Below are positions 1 to 14,944 of a DNA stretch of 64,000 nt, in pieces; within the stretch, counting starts at the first letter, position 1, and every line of letters starts with the position of its first letter. The stretch lies in the NCBI RefSeq assembly GCF_009914755.1, contig NC_060927.1; one strand, written 5' to 3'. Origin of the DNA: the human T2T-CHM13v2.0 reference genome, Homo sapiens. The position numbers and the translations under genes were made by a program. Below the pieces are notes generated by a model. It did not search any database, had not been told where the DNA came from, and saw only the letters and a program-made list of their open reading frames with translations.

Positions 1-3000
1 ATTACATCAAATATATATTAGGTACATAAAATATGAAAGTACATCAAATATAGATTATATGCTGTACATAAAATATCAATGTACCCCAAATATATATTTT
101 ATACTCGACATGAAATATCAAAGTTCACAAACCATATATTATTTACTGTACATAAAATATCAAAGTACCCAAGGTATATATTCTATACTGTACAAAAAAT
201 ATCAAAGTACCCAAAGCATGTATTATATACTGTACATAAAATATGAAACTACATCAAATATATTTTTTATTCTGTATATAAAATATCAAAGTACACCAGA
301 TATATATTCTGTAGTGTACATAAAATATCAAAGTACCCAAACTATACATTATATACTGTACATAAAATATGAAATTACATCAAATATATATTATATTAGG
401 TACATAAAATATGAAAGTACATCAAATATAGATTATATACTGTACATAAAATATCAAAGTACCACAAATATATATTATATACTGTACATGAAATATCAAA
501 GTTCACAAACTATATATTATATACTGTACATAAAATATCAAAGTACCCAAGGTATATATTCTATACTGTACAAAAAATATCAAAGTACCCAAAGCATGTA
601 TTATATACTGTACATAAAATATGAAAGTACATCAAATATATATTTTATTCTGTACATAAAATATCAAAGTACACCAGATATATATTCTATAGTGTACATA
701 AAATAACAAAGTACACAAACCATAAATTATATACTGTACATAAAATATGACATTACATCAAATACATATTAGGTACATAAAATATGAAAGTTCATCAAAT
801 ATAGATTATATACTGTACATAAAATATCAATGTACCCCAAATATATATTTTATACTGTACATGAAATATCAAAGTTCACAAACTATATATTATATACTGT
901 ACATAAAATATCAAAGTACCCAAGGTATATATTCTATACTGTACAAAAGATATCAAAGTACCCAAGCATGTATTATATACTGTACATTAAATATGAAAGT
1001 ACATCAAATATATATTTTATTCTGTACATAAAATATCAAAGTACACCAGATATATATTCTATAGTGTACATAAAATATCAAAGTACCCAAACTATTTATT
1101 ATATACTGTACATAAAATATGAAATTACATCAAATATATATTATATTAGGTACGTAAAATATGAAAGTACATCAAATATAGATTATATACTGTACATTAA
1201 ATACCAAAGTACCTCAAATATATATTTTATACTGTACATGAAATATCAAAGTTCACAAACTATATGTTATATACTGTACATAAAATATCAAAGTACCCAA
1301 GGTATATATTCTATACTGTACAAAAAATATCAAAGTACCAAAAGCATGTATTATATACTGTACCTAAAATATGAAAGAACATCAAATATATATTTTATTC
1401 TGTACATAAAATATCAAAGTACACCAGATATATATTCTATAGTGTATATAAAATAACAAGGTACAAAAACTATAAATTATATACTGTACATAAAATATGA
1501 AATTACGTCAAATATATATTAGGTACATAAAATATGAAAGTACATCAAATATAGATTATATACTGTACATAAAATATCAAAGTACCACAAATATATATTA
1601 TATACTCTACATGAAATATCAAAGTTCACAAACTATATATTATGTACTGTACATAAAATATCAAAGTACCCAAGGTATATATTCTATACTGTACAAAAAT
1701 TATCAAAGTACCCAAAGCATGTATTATATACTGTACATACAATATGAAAGTACATCAAATATATATTTTATTCTGTACATAAAATATCAAAGTACACCAG
1801 ATATATATTCTCTAGTGTACATAAAATATCAAAGTACCCAAACTATACATTATATACTGTACATAAAATATGAAATTACATCAAATATATATTATATTAG
1901 GTACATAAAATATGAAAGTACATCAAATATAGATTATATACTGTACATTAAGTACCAAAGTACCCCAAATATATATTTTATACTGTACATGAAATATCAA
2001 AGTTCACAAACTATATATTATATACTGTACATAAAATATCAAAGTACCCAAGGTATATATTCTATACTGTACAAAAAATATCAAAGTACCCAAAGCATGT
2101 ATTATAAACTGTACATAAAATATGAAAGTACATCAAATATATATTTTATTCTGTACATAAAATATCAAAGTACACCAGATATATATTCTATAGTGTACAT
2201 AAAATATCAAACTACCCAAACTATACATTATATACTGTACATAAAATATGAAATTACATCAAATATATATTATATTAGGTACATAAAATATGAAAGTACA
2301 TCAAATATAGATTATATACTATACATAAAATATCAAAGTACCCCAAATATATATTATATACTCTACATGAAATATCAAAGTTCACAAACTATATATTATA
2401 TACTGTACATAAAATATCAAAGTACCCAAGGTATATATTCTATACTGCACAAAAAATATCAAAGTACCCAAAGCATGTATTATATACTGTATATAAAATA
2501 TGAAAGTACATCAAATATATATTTTATTCTGTACATAAAATATCAAAGTACACCAGATATATATTCTATAGTGTACATATAATAACAAAGTACACAAACT
2601 ATAAATTATATACTGTACATAAAATATGAAATTACATCAAATATATATTAGGTACATAAAATATGAAAGTACATCAAATATACATTATATACTGTACATA
2701 AAATATCAATGTACCCCAAATATATATTTTATACTCTACATGAAATATCAAAGTTCACAAACCATATATTATATACTGTACATAAAATATCAAAGTACCC
2801 AAGGTATATATTCTATACTGTACAAAAATTATCAAAGTACCCAAAGCATGTATTATATACTGTACATAAAATATGAGAGTACATCAAATATATATTTTAT
2901 TCTGTACATAAAATATCAAAGTACACCAGATATATATTCTATAGTGTACATAAAATATCAAAGTACCCAAACTATACATTATATACTGTACATAAAATAT

Positions 3001-6000
3001 GAGATTACATCAAATATATATTATATTAGGTACATAAAATATGAAAGTACATCTGATATAGATTATATACTGTACATAAAATATCAAAGTACCCCAAATA
3101 TATATTATATACTCTACATGAAATATGAAAGTTCACAAACTATATATTATATACTGTACATAAAATATCAAAGTACCCAAGGTATATATTCTATACTGTA
3201 CAAAAAATATCAAAGTACCCAAAGCATGTATTATATACTGTATATAAAATATGAAAATTCATTAAATATATATTTTATTCTGTACATGAAATATCAAAGT
3301 ACACCAGATATATATTCTATAGTGTACATAAAATAACAAAGTACACAAACTATAAATTATATACTGTACGTAAAATATGAAATTACGTCAAATATATATT
3401 AGGTACATAAAATATGAAAGTACATCAAATATAGATTATATACTGTACATATAATATCAATGTACCCCAAATATATATTTTATACTCTACATGAAATATC
3501 AAAGTTCACAAACCATACATTATACACTGTATATAAAATATCAAAGTACCCAAGGTATATATTCTATACTGTACAAAAAATATCAAAGTACCCAAAGCAT
3601 GTATTATGTACTGTACATAAAATATGAAAGTACATCAAATATATATTTTATTCTGTACATAAAATATCAAAGTACACCAGATATATATTCTATAGTGTAC
3701 ATAAAATATCAAAGTACCCAAACTATACATTATATATTGTACATAAAATATGAAATTACATCAAATATATATTAGGTACATAAAATATGAAAGTATATCA
3801 AATATAGATTATATACTGTACATATAATATCAATGTACACCAAATATATATTTTATACTGTACATGAAATATCAAAGTTCACAAACCATATATTATATAC
3901 TGTACATAAAATATCAAAGTACCCAAGGTATATATTCTATACTGTACAAAAAATATCAAAGTACCCAAAGCATGTATTATATACTGTACATAAAATATGA
4001 AAGTACATCAAATATATATTTTATTCTGTACATAAAATATCAAAGTACACCAGATATATATTCTATAGTGTACATAAAATATCAAAGTACCCAAACTATA
4101 CATTATATACTATACATAAAATATGAAATTACATCAAATATATATTATATTAGGTACATAAAATATGAAAGCACATCAAATATAGATTATATACTGTACA
4201 TTAAATACCAAAGTACCCCAAATATATATTTTATACTGTACATCAAATATCAAAGTTCACAAACTATATATTATATACTGTACATAAAATATCAAAGTAC
4301 TCAAGGTATATATTCTATACTGTACAAAAAATATCAAAGTACCCAAAGCATGTATTATATACTGTACATAAAAGATGAAAGTACATCAAATATATATTTT
4401 ATTCTGTACATAAAATATCAAAGTACACCAGATATATATTCTATAGTGTACATAAAATATCAAAGTACCCAAACTGTAGATTATATACTGTACATAAAAT
4501 ATGAAATTACATCAAATATATATTAGGTACATAAAATATGAAAGTACATCAAACATAGATTATATACTGTACATAAAATATCAAAGTACCCGAAATATAT
4601 ATTATATACTGTACATGAAATATCAAAGTTCACAAACTATATATTATATACTGTACATAAAATATCAAAGTACCCAAGGTATATATTCTATACTGTACAA
4701 AAAATATCAAAGTACCCAAAGCATGTATTATATACTGTACATAAAATATGAAAGTACATCAAATATATATTTTATTCTGTACATAAAACATCAAAGTACA
4801 CCAGATATATATTCTATAGTGTACATAAGATATCAAAGTACCCAAACTATACATTATATACTGTACATAAAATATGAAATTACATCAAACATATATTATA
4901 TTAGGTACATAAAATATGAAAGTACATCAAATATATATTATATACTGTACATAAAATATCAAAGTACCCCAAATATATATTATATACTCTACATGAAATA
5001 TCAAAGTTCACAAACTATATATTATATACTGTACATAAAATATCAAAGTACCCAAGGTATATATTCTATACTGTACAAAAAATATCAAAGTATCCAAAGA
5101 ATGTATTATATACTGTATATAAAATATGAAAGTAAATTAAATATATATTTTATTCTGTACATAAAATATCAAAGTACACCAGATATATATTCTATAGTGT
5201 ATATAAAATAACAAGGTACAAAAACTATAAATTATATACTGTACATAAAATATGAAATTACGTCAAATATATATTAGGTACATAAAATATGAAAGTACAT
5301 CAAATATAGATTATATACTGTACATAAAATATCAAAGTACCACAAATATATATTATATACTCTACATGAAATATCAAAGTTCACAAACTATATATTATGT
5401 ACTGTACATAAAATATCAAAGTACCCAAGGTATATATTCTATACTGTACAAAAATTATCAAAGTACCCAAAGCATGTATTATATACTGTACATACAATAT
5501 GAAAGTACATCAAATATATATTTTATTCTGTACATAAAATATCAAAGTACACCAGATATATATTCTCTAGTGTACATAAAATATCAAAGTACCCAAACTA
5601 TACATTATATACTGTACATAAAATATGAAATTACATCAAATATATATTATATTAGGTACATAAAATATGAAAGTACATCAAATATAGATTATATACTGTA
5701 CATTAAGTACCAAAGTACCCCAAATATATATTTTATACTGTACATGAAATATCAAAGTTCACAAACTATATATTATATACTGTACATAAAATATCAAAGT
5801 ACCCAAGGTATATATTCTATACTGTACAAAAAATATCAAAGTACCCAAAGCATGTATTATAAACTGTACATAAAATATGAAAGTACATCAAATATATATT
5901 TTATTCTGTACATAAAATATCAAAGTACACCAGATATATATTCTATAGTGTACATAAAATATCAAACTACCCAAACTATACATTATATACTGTACATAAA

Positions 6001-9000
6001 ATATGAAATTACATCAAATATATATTATATTAGGTACATAAAATATGAAAGTACATCAAATATAGATTATATACTATACATAAAATATCAAAGTACCCCA
6101 AATATATATTATATACTCTACATGAAATATCAAAGTTCACAAACTATATATTATATACTGTACATAAAATATCAAAGTACCCAAGGTATATATTCTATAC
6201 TGCACAAAAAATATCAAAGTACCCAAAGCATGTATTATATACTGTATATAAAATATGAAAGTACATCAAATATATATTTTATTCTGTACATAAAATATCA
6301 AAGTACACCAGATATATATTCTATAGTGTACATATAATAACAAAGTACACAAACTATAAATTATATACTGTACATAAAATATGAAATTACATCAAATATA
6401 TATTAGGTACATAAAATATGAAAGTACATCAAATATACATTATATACTGTACATAAAATATCAATGTACCCCAAATATATATTTTATACTCTACATGAAA
6501 TATCAAAGTTCACAAACCATATATTATATACTGTACATAAAATATCAAAGTACCCAAGGTATATATTCTATACTGTACAAAAATTATCAAAGTACCCAAA
6601 GCATGTATTATATACTGTACATAAAATATGAGAGTACATCAAATATATATTTTATTCTGTACATAAAATATCAAAGTACACCAGATATATATTCTATAGT
6701 GTACATAAAATATCAAAGTACCCAAACTATACATTATATACTGTACATAAAATATGAGATTACATCAAATATATATTATATTAGGTACATAAAATATGAA
6801 AGTACATCTGATATAGATTATATACTGTACATAAAATATCAAAGTACCCCAAATATATATTATATACTCTACATGAAATATGAAAGTTCACAAACTATAT
6901 ATTATATACTGTACATAAAATATCAAAGTACCCAAGGTATATATTCTATACTGTACAAAAAATATCAAAGTACCCAAAGCATGTATTATATACTGTATAT
7001 AAAATATGAAAATTCATTAAATATATATTTTATTCTGTACATGAAATATCAAAGTACACCAGATATATATTCTATAGTGTACATAAAATAACAAAGTACA
7101 CAAACTATAAATTATATACTGTACGTAAAATATGAAATTACGTCAAATATATATTAGGTACATAAAATATGAAAGTACATCAAATATAGATTATATACTG
7201 TACATATAATATCAATGTACCCCAAATATATATTTTATACTCTACATGAAATATCAAAGTTCACAAACCATACATTATATACTGTATATAAAATATCAAA
7301 GTACCCAAGGTATATATTCTATACTGTACAAAAAATATCAAAGTACCCAAAGCATGTATTATGTACTGTACATAAAATATGAAAGTACATCAAATATATA
7401 TTTTATTCTGTACATAAAATATCAAAGTACACCAGATATATATTCTATAGTGTACATAAAATATCAAAGTACCCAAACTATACATTATATATTGTACATA
7501 AAATATGAAATTACATCAAATATATATTAGGTACATAAAATATGAAAGTATATCAAATATAGATTATATACTGTACATATAATATCAATGTACACCAAAT
7601 ATATATTTTATACTGTACATGAAATATCAAAGTTCACAAACCATATATTATATACTGTACATAAAATATCAAAGTACCCAAGGTATATATTCTATACTGT
7701 ACAAAAAATATCAAAGTACCCAAAGCATGTATTATATACTGTACATAAAATATGAAAGTACATCAAATATATATTTTATTCTGTACATAAAATATCAAAG
7801 TACACCAGATATATATTCTATAGTGTACATAAAATATCAAAGTACCCAAACTATACATTATATACTATACATAAAATATGAAATTACATCAAATATATAT
7901 TATATTAGGTACATAAAATATGAAAGCACATCAAATATAGATTATATACTGTACATTAAATACCAAAGTACCCCAAATATATATTTTATACTGTACATCA
8001 AATATCAAAGTTCACAAACTATATATTATATACTGTACATAAAATATCAAAGTACTCAAGGTATATATTCTATACTGTACAAAAAATATCAAAGTACCCA
8101 AAGCATGTATTATATACTGTACATAAAAGATGAAAGTACATCAAATATATATTTTATTCTGTACATAAAATATCAAAGTACACCAGATATATATTCTATA
8201 GTGTACATAAAATATCAAAGTACCCAAACTGTAGATTATATACTGTACATAAAATATGAAATTACATCAAATATATATTAGGTACATAAAATATGAAAGT
8301 ACATCAAACATAGATTATATACTGTACATAAAATATCAAAGTACCCGAAATATATATTATATACTGTACATGAAATATCAAAGTTCACAAACTATATATT
8401 ATATACTGTACATAAAATATCAAAGTACCCAAGGTATATATTCTATACTGTACAAAAAATATCAAAGTACCCAAAGCATGTATTATATACTGTACATAAA
8501 ATATGAAAGTACATCAAATATATATTTTATTCTGTACATAAAACATCAAAGTACACCAGATATATATTCTATAGTGTACATAAGATATCAAAGTACCCAA
8601 ACTATACATTATATACTGTACATAAAATATGAAATTACATCAAACATATATTATATTAGGTACATAAAATATGAAAGTACATCAAATATATATTATATAC
8701 TGTACATAAAATATCAAAGTACCCCAAATATATATTATATACTCTACATGAAATATCAAAGTTCACAAACTATATATTATATACTGTACATAAAATATCA
8801 AAGTACCCAAGGTATATATTCTATACTGTACAAAAAATATCAAAGTATCCAAAGAATGTATTATATACTGTATATAAAATATGAAAGTAAATTAAATATA
8901 TATTTTATTCTGTACATAAAATATCAAAGTACACCAGATATATATTCTATAGTGTAGATAAAATAACAAAGTACACAAACTATAAATTATATACTGTACA

Positions 9001-12000
9001 TAAAATATGAAATTACATCAAATATATATTAGGTACATAAAATATGAAAGTACATCAAATATAGATTATATACTGTACATATAATATCAATGTACCCCAA
9101 ATATATATTTTATACTCGACATGAAATATCAAAGTTCACAAACCATATATTATATACTGTACATAAAATATCAAAGTACCCAAGGTATATATTCTATACT
9201 GTACAAAAAATATCAAAGTACCCAAAGCATGTATTATATACTGTACATAAAATATGAAAGTACATCAAATATATTTTTTTTCTGTATATAAAATATCAAA
9301 GTACACCAGATATATATTCTATAGTGTACATAAAATATCAAAGTACCCAAACTATACATTATATACTGTACATAAAATATGAAATTACATCAAATATATA
9401 TTATATTAGGTACATAAAATATGAAAGTACATCAAATATAGATTATATACTGTACATAAAATATCAAAGTACCCCAAATATATATTATATACTCTACAGG
9501 AAATATCAAAGTTCACACACTATATATTATATACTGTACATAAAATATCAAAGTACCCAAGGTATATATTCTATACTGTACAAAAAATATCAAAGTACCC
9601 AAAGCATGTATTATATACTGTACATAAAATATGAAAGTACATCAAATATATATTTTATTCTGTACATAAAATATCAAAGTACACCAGATATATATTCTAT
9701 AGTGTACATAAAATATCAAAGTACCCAAACTGTACATTATATACTGTACATAAAATATGAAATTACATCAAATATATATTAGGTACATAAAATATGAAAG
9801 TACATCAAACATAGATTATATACTGTACATAAAATATCAAAGTACCCGAAATATATATTATATACTGTACATGAAATATCAAAGTTCACAAACTATATAT
9901 TATATACTGTACATAAAATATCAAAGTAACCAAGGTATATATTCTATACTGTACAAAAAATATCAAGGTACCCAAAGCATGTATTATGTACTGTATATAA
10001 AATATGAATCTACATCAAATATATATTTTATTCTGTACATAAAATATCAAAGTACACCAGATATATATTCTATAGTGTACATAAAATAACAAAGTACAAA
10101 AACTATAAATTATATACTGTACATAAAATATGAAATTACATCAAATACATATTAGGTACATAAAATATGAAAGTACATCAAATATAGATTATGTACTGTA
10201 CATAAAATATCAAAGTACCCCAAATATATATTATATACTCTACATGAAATATCAAAGTTCACAAACTATATATTATATACCGTACATAAAATATCAAAGT
10301 ACCCAAGGTATATATTCTATACTGTACAAAAAATATCAAAGTACCTAAAGCATGTATTATATACTGTATATAAAATATGAAAGTACATCAAATATATATT
10401 TTATTCTCTACATAAAATATCAAAGTACACCAGATATATATTCTATAGTGTACATAAAATAACAAAGTACACAAACTATAAATTTTATACTGTACATAAA
10501 ATATGAAATTACATCAAATATATATTAGGTACATAAAATATGAAAGTACATCAAATATAGATTATATACTGTACATAAAATATCAATGTACCCCAAATAT
10601 ATATTTTATACTCTACATGAAATATCAAAGTTCACAATCCATATATTAAATACTGTACATAAAATATCAAAGTACCCAAGGTATATATTCTATACTATAC
10701 AAAAAATATCAAAGTACCCAAAGCATGTATTATATACTGTAAATAAAATATGAAAGTACATCAAATATATATTTTATTCTGTACATAGGATATCAAAGTA
10801 CACCAGATATATATTCTATAGTGTACATAAAATATCAAAGTACCCCAAATATACATTATATACTGTACATAAAATATGAAATTACAATCAAATATATATT
10901 ATATTAGGTACATAAAATATGAAAGTACATCAAATATAGATTATATACTGTACATAAAATATCAAAGTACCCCAAATATATATTATATACTCTACATGAA
11001 ATATCAAAGTTCACAAACTATATATTATGTACTGTACATAAAATATCAAAGTACCCAAGGTATATATTCTATACTGCACAAAAAATATCAAAGTACCCAA
11101 AGCATGTATTATATACTGTATATAAAATATGAAAGTACATCAAATATATATTTTATTCTGTACATAAAATATCAAAGTACACCAGATATATATTCTATAG
11201 AGTACATAAAATAACAAAGTACAAAAACTATAAATTATATACTGTACATAAAATATGAAATTACATCAAATATATATTAGGTACATAAAATATGAAAGTA
11301 CATCAAATATAGATTATACACTGTACATAAAATATCAATGTACCCCAAATATATATTATATACTCGACATGAAATATCAAAGTTCACAAACCATATATTA
11401 TTTACTGTACATAAAATATCAAAGTACCCAAGGTATATATTCTATACTGTACAAAAAATATCAAAGTACCCAAAGCATGTATTATATACTGTACATAAAA
11501 TATGAAACTACATCAAATATATTTTTTATTCTGTATATAAAATATCAAAGTACGCCAGATATATATTCTATAGTGTACATAAAATATCAAAGTACCCAAA
11601 CTATACATTATATACTGTACATAAAATATGAAATTACATCAAATATATATTATATTAGGTACATAAAATATGAAAGTACATCAAATATAGATTATATACT
11701 GTACATAAAATATCAAAGTACCCCAAATATATATTATATACTGTACATAAAATATCAAAGTACCCAAGGTATATATTCTATACTGTATAAAAAATATCAA
11801 AGTACCCAAAGCATGTATTATATACTGTACATAAAATATGAAAGTACATCAAATATATATTTTATTCTGTACATAAAATATCAAAGTACACCAGATATAT
11901 ATTCTATAGTGTACATAAAATAACAAAGTACACAAACCATAAATTATATACGGTACATAAAATATGACATTACATCAAATATATATTAGGTACATAAAAT

Positions 12001-12775
12001 ATGAAAGTACATCAAATATAGATTATATACTGTACATAAAATATCAATGTACCCCAAATATATATTTTATACTCTACATGAAATATCAAAGTTCACAAAC
12101 TATATATTATATACTGTACATAAAATATCAAAGTACCCAAGGTATATATTCTATACTGTACAAAAAATATCAAAGTACCCAAAGCATGTATTATATACTG
12201 TAAATAAAATATGAAAGTACATCAAATATATATTTTATTCTGTACATAAAATATCAAAGTACACCAGATATATATTCTATAGTGTACATAAAATATCAAA
12301 GTACCCAAACTATACCTTATATACTGTACATAAAATATGAAATTACATCAAATATATATTATATTAGGTACATAAAATATGAAAGTACATCAAATATAGA
12401 TTATATACTGTACATTAAATACCAAAGTACCCCAAATATATATTTTATACTGTACATGAAATTTCAAAGTTCACAAACTATATATTATATACTGTACATA
12501 AAATATCAAAGTACCCAAGGTATATATTCTATACTGTACAAAAAATATCAAAGTACCCAAAGTATGTATTATATACTGTACATAAAATATGAAAGTACAT
12601 CAAATATATATTTTATTCTATACATAAATTATCAAAGTACACCAGATATATATTCTACAGTGTACATAAAATATCAAAGTACCCAAACTATACATTATAT
12701 ACTGTACATAAAATATGAAATTACATCAAATATATATTATATTAGGTACATAAAATATGAAACTACATCAAATAT
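1..12775 (+). repeat. HSat1A domain A (left): mixed 378-bp and 373-bp units
   Basis: Monomer 1 occurs either long (AAATATATATTATATTAGGTAC) or with a 5-bp deletion (AAATATATATTAGGTAC, e.g. ~1515, 2645, 3395, 3770, 4520). Monomer 8 reads GATATATATTCTATAGTG. Confidence 0.85.
1384..8956 (+). repeat. Near-perfect tandem duplication, period 3755 bp (10 units: 5x378 + 5x373)
   Basis: ORF pairs are offset by exactly 3755: 1497/5252, 2626/6381, 3491/7246, 3864/7619, 4501/8256. Rare variants are shared (ACAAGGTACAAAAAC, CATCTGATA, AAAATTCATTAA, TATCCAAAGAATG). One difference was seen, 3525 C versus 7280 T. Confidence 0.92.
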
Positions 12776-14944
12776 AGATTATGTACCATACATAAAATAT
12801 AAAGGAACCCCAAATATATATGATATACTGTACATGAAATATCAAAGTTCACAAACTATATATTATATACTGTAGATAAAATATCAAAGTACCCAAGGTA
12901 TATATTCTATACTGTAAAAAAAATATCAAAGTACCCAAATCATGTATTATATACTGTACATAAAATATGAAAGCACATCAAATATATATTATATTAGGTA
13001 CATAAAATATGAAAGTACATAAAATATAGATGATATACTGTACATAAAATATCAAAGTAGCCCAAATATACATTATACAGTGTACATGAAATATCAAAAT
13101 TTACAAAATATATATTATATAATGTACATAAAATATCAAAGTACCCAAAGCAAGTATTATATACTGTACATAAAAGATGAAAGTACATCAAATATATATT
13201 TTATTCTGTACATAAAATATCAAAGTACACCAGATATATATTTTATAGTGTACATAAAATATCAAGGTACCCAAACTATACATTATATACTGTAGATAAA
13301 ATATGGAATTACATCAAATATATATTATATTAAGTACGTAAAATATGTAAGTACATCAAATATAGATTATATACCATACATAAAATATAAAGGAACCCCA
13401 AATATATATGATATACTGTACATGAAATATCAAAGTTCACAAACTATATATTATATACTGTAGATAAAATATCAAAGTACCCAAGGTATATATTCTATAC
13501 TGTAAAAAAAATATCAAAGTACCCAAAGCATGTATTATATACTGTACATAAAATATGAAAGCACATCAAATATATATTATATTAGGTACATAAAATATGA
13601 AAGTACATAAAATATAGATGATATACTGTACATAAAATATCAAAGTAGCCCAAATATATATTATACAGTGTACATGAAATATCAAAATTTACAAAATATA
13701 TATTATATAATGTACATAAAATATCAAAGTACCCAAAGCAAGTATTATATACTGTACATAAAAGATGAAAGTACATCAAATATATATTTTATTCTGTACA
13801 TAAAATATCAAAGTACACCAGATATATATTTTATAGTGTACATAAAATATCAAGGTACCCAAACTATACATTATATACTGTACATAAAATATGAAATTAC
13901 ATCAAATATATATTATATTAGGTACGTAAAATATGAAAGTACATCAAATATAGATTATATACTGTACATAATATATAAAAGAACCCCAACTATATATTAT
14001 ATACTGTACATGAAATATCAAAATACACAAACTATATATTATATACTGTACATAAAATAACAAAGTACTCAAGGTATATATTCTATACTGTACAAAAAAT
14101 ATCAAAGTACCCAAAGCATGTATTATATACTGTACATAAAATATGAAAGTACATCAAATATATATTATATTAGGTACGTAAAATATGAAAGTACATCAAA
14201 TATAGATTATATACCATACATAAAATATAAAGTAACCCCAAATATATATGATATACTGTACATGAAATATCAAAGTTCACAAACTATATATTATATACTG
14301 TAGATAAAATATCAAAGTTCCCAAGTTATATATACTATACTGTAAAAAAAATATCAAAGTACCCAAAGCATGTATTATATACTGTACATAAAATATGAAA
14401 GCACACCAAATATATATTATAGTAGGTACATAAAATATGAAAGTACATAAAATATAGATGATATACTGTACATAAAATATCAAAGTAGCCCAAATATACA
14501 TTATACAGTGTACATGAAATATCAAAATTTACAAAATATATATTATATAATGTACATAAAATATCAAAGTACCCAAAGCAAGTATTATATACTGTACATA
14601 AAAGATGAAAGTACATCAAATATATATTTTATTCTGTACATAAAATATCAAAGTACACCAGATATATATTTTATAGTGTACATAAAATATCAAGGTACCC
14701 AAACTATACATTATATACTGTACATAAAATATGAAATTACATCAAATATATATTATATTAGGTACGTAAAATATGAAAGTACATCAAATATAGATTATAT
14801 ACTGTACATAATATATAAAAGAACCCCAACTATATATAATATACTGTACATGAAATATCAAAGTTCACAAACTATATATTATATACTGTAGATAAAATAT
14901 CAAAGTACCCAAGGTATATATTCTATACTGTAAAAAAAATATCA

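Noticed and set aside
1497-5251. The short/long unit order S L L S L S S L S L resembles a Thue-Morse-like binary code
   Set aside because: It has only ten symbols, departs from the pattern at the end, and is readily produced by shuffling of a 751-bp dimer. There is no evidence of encoded information.
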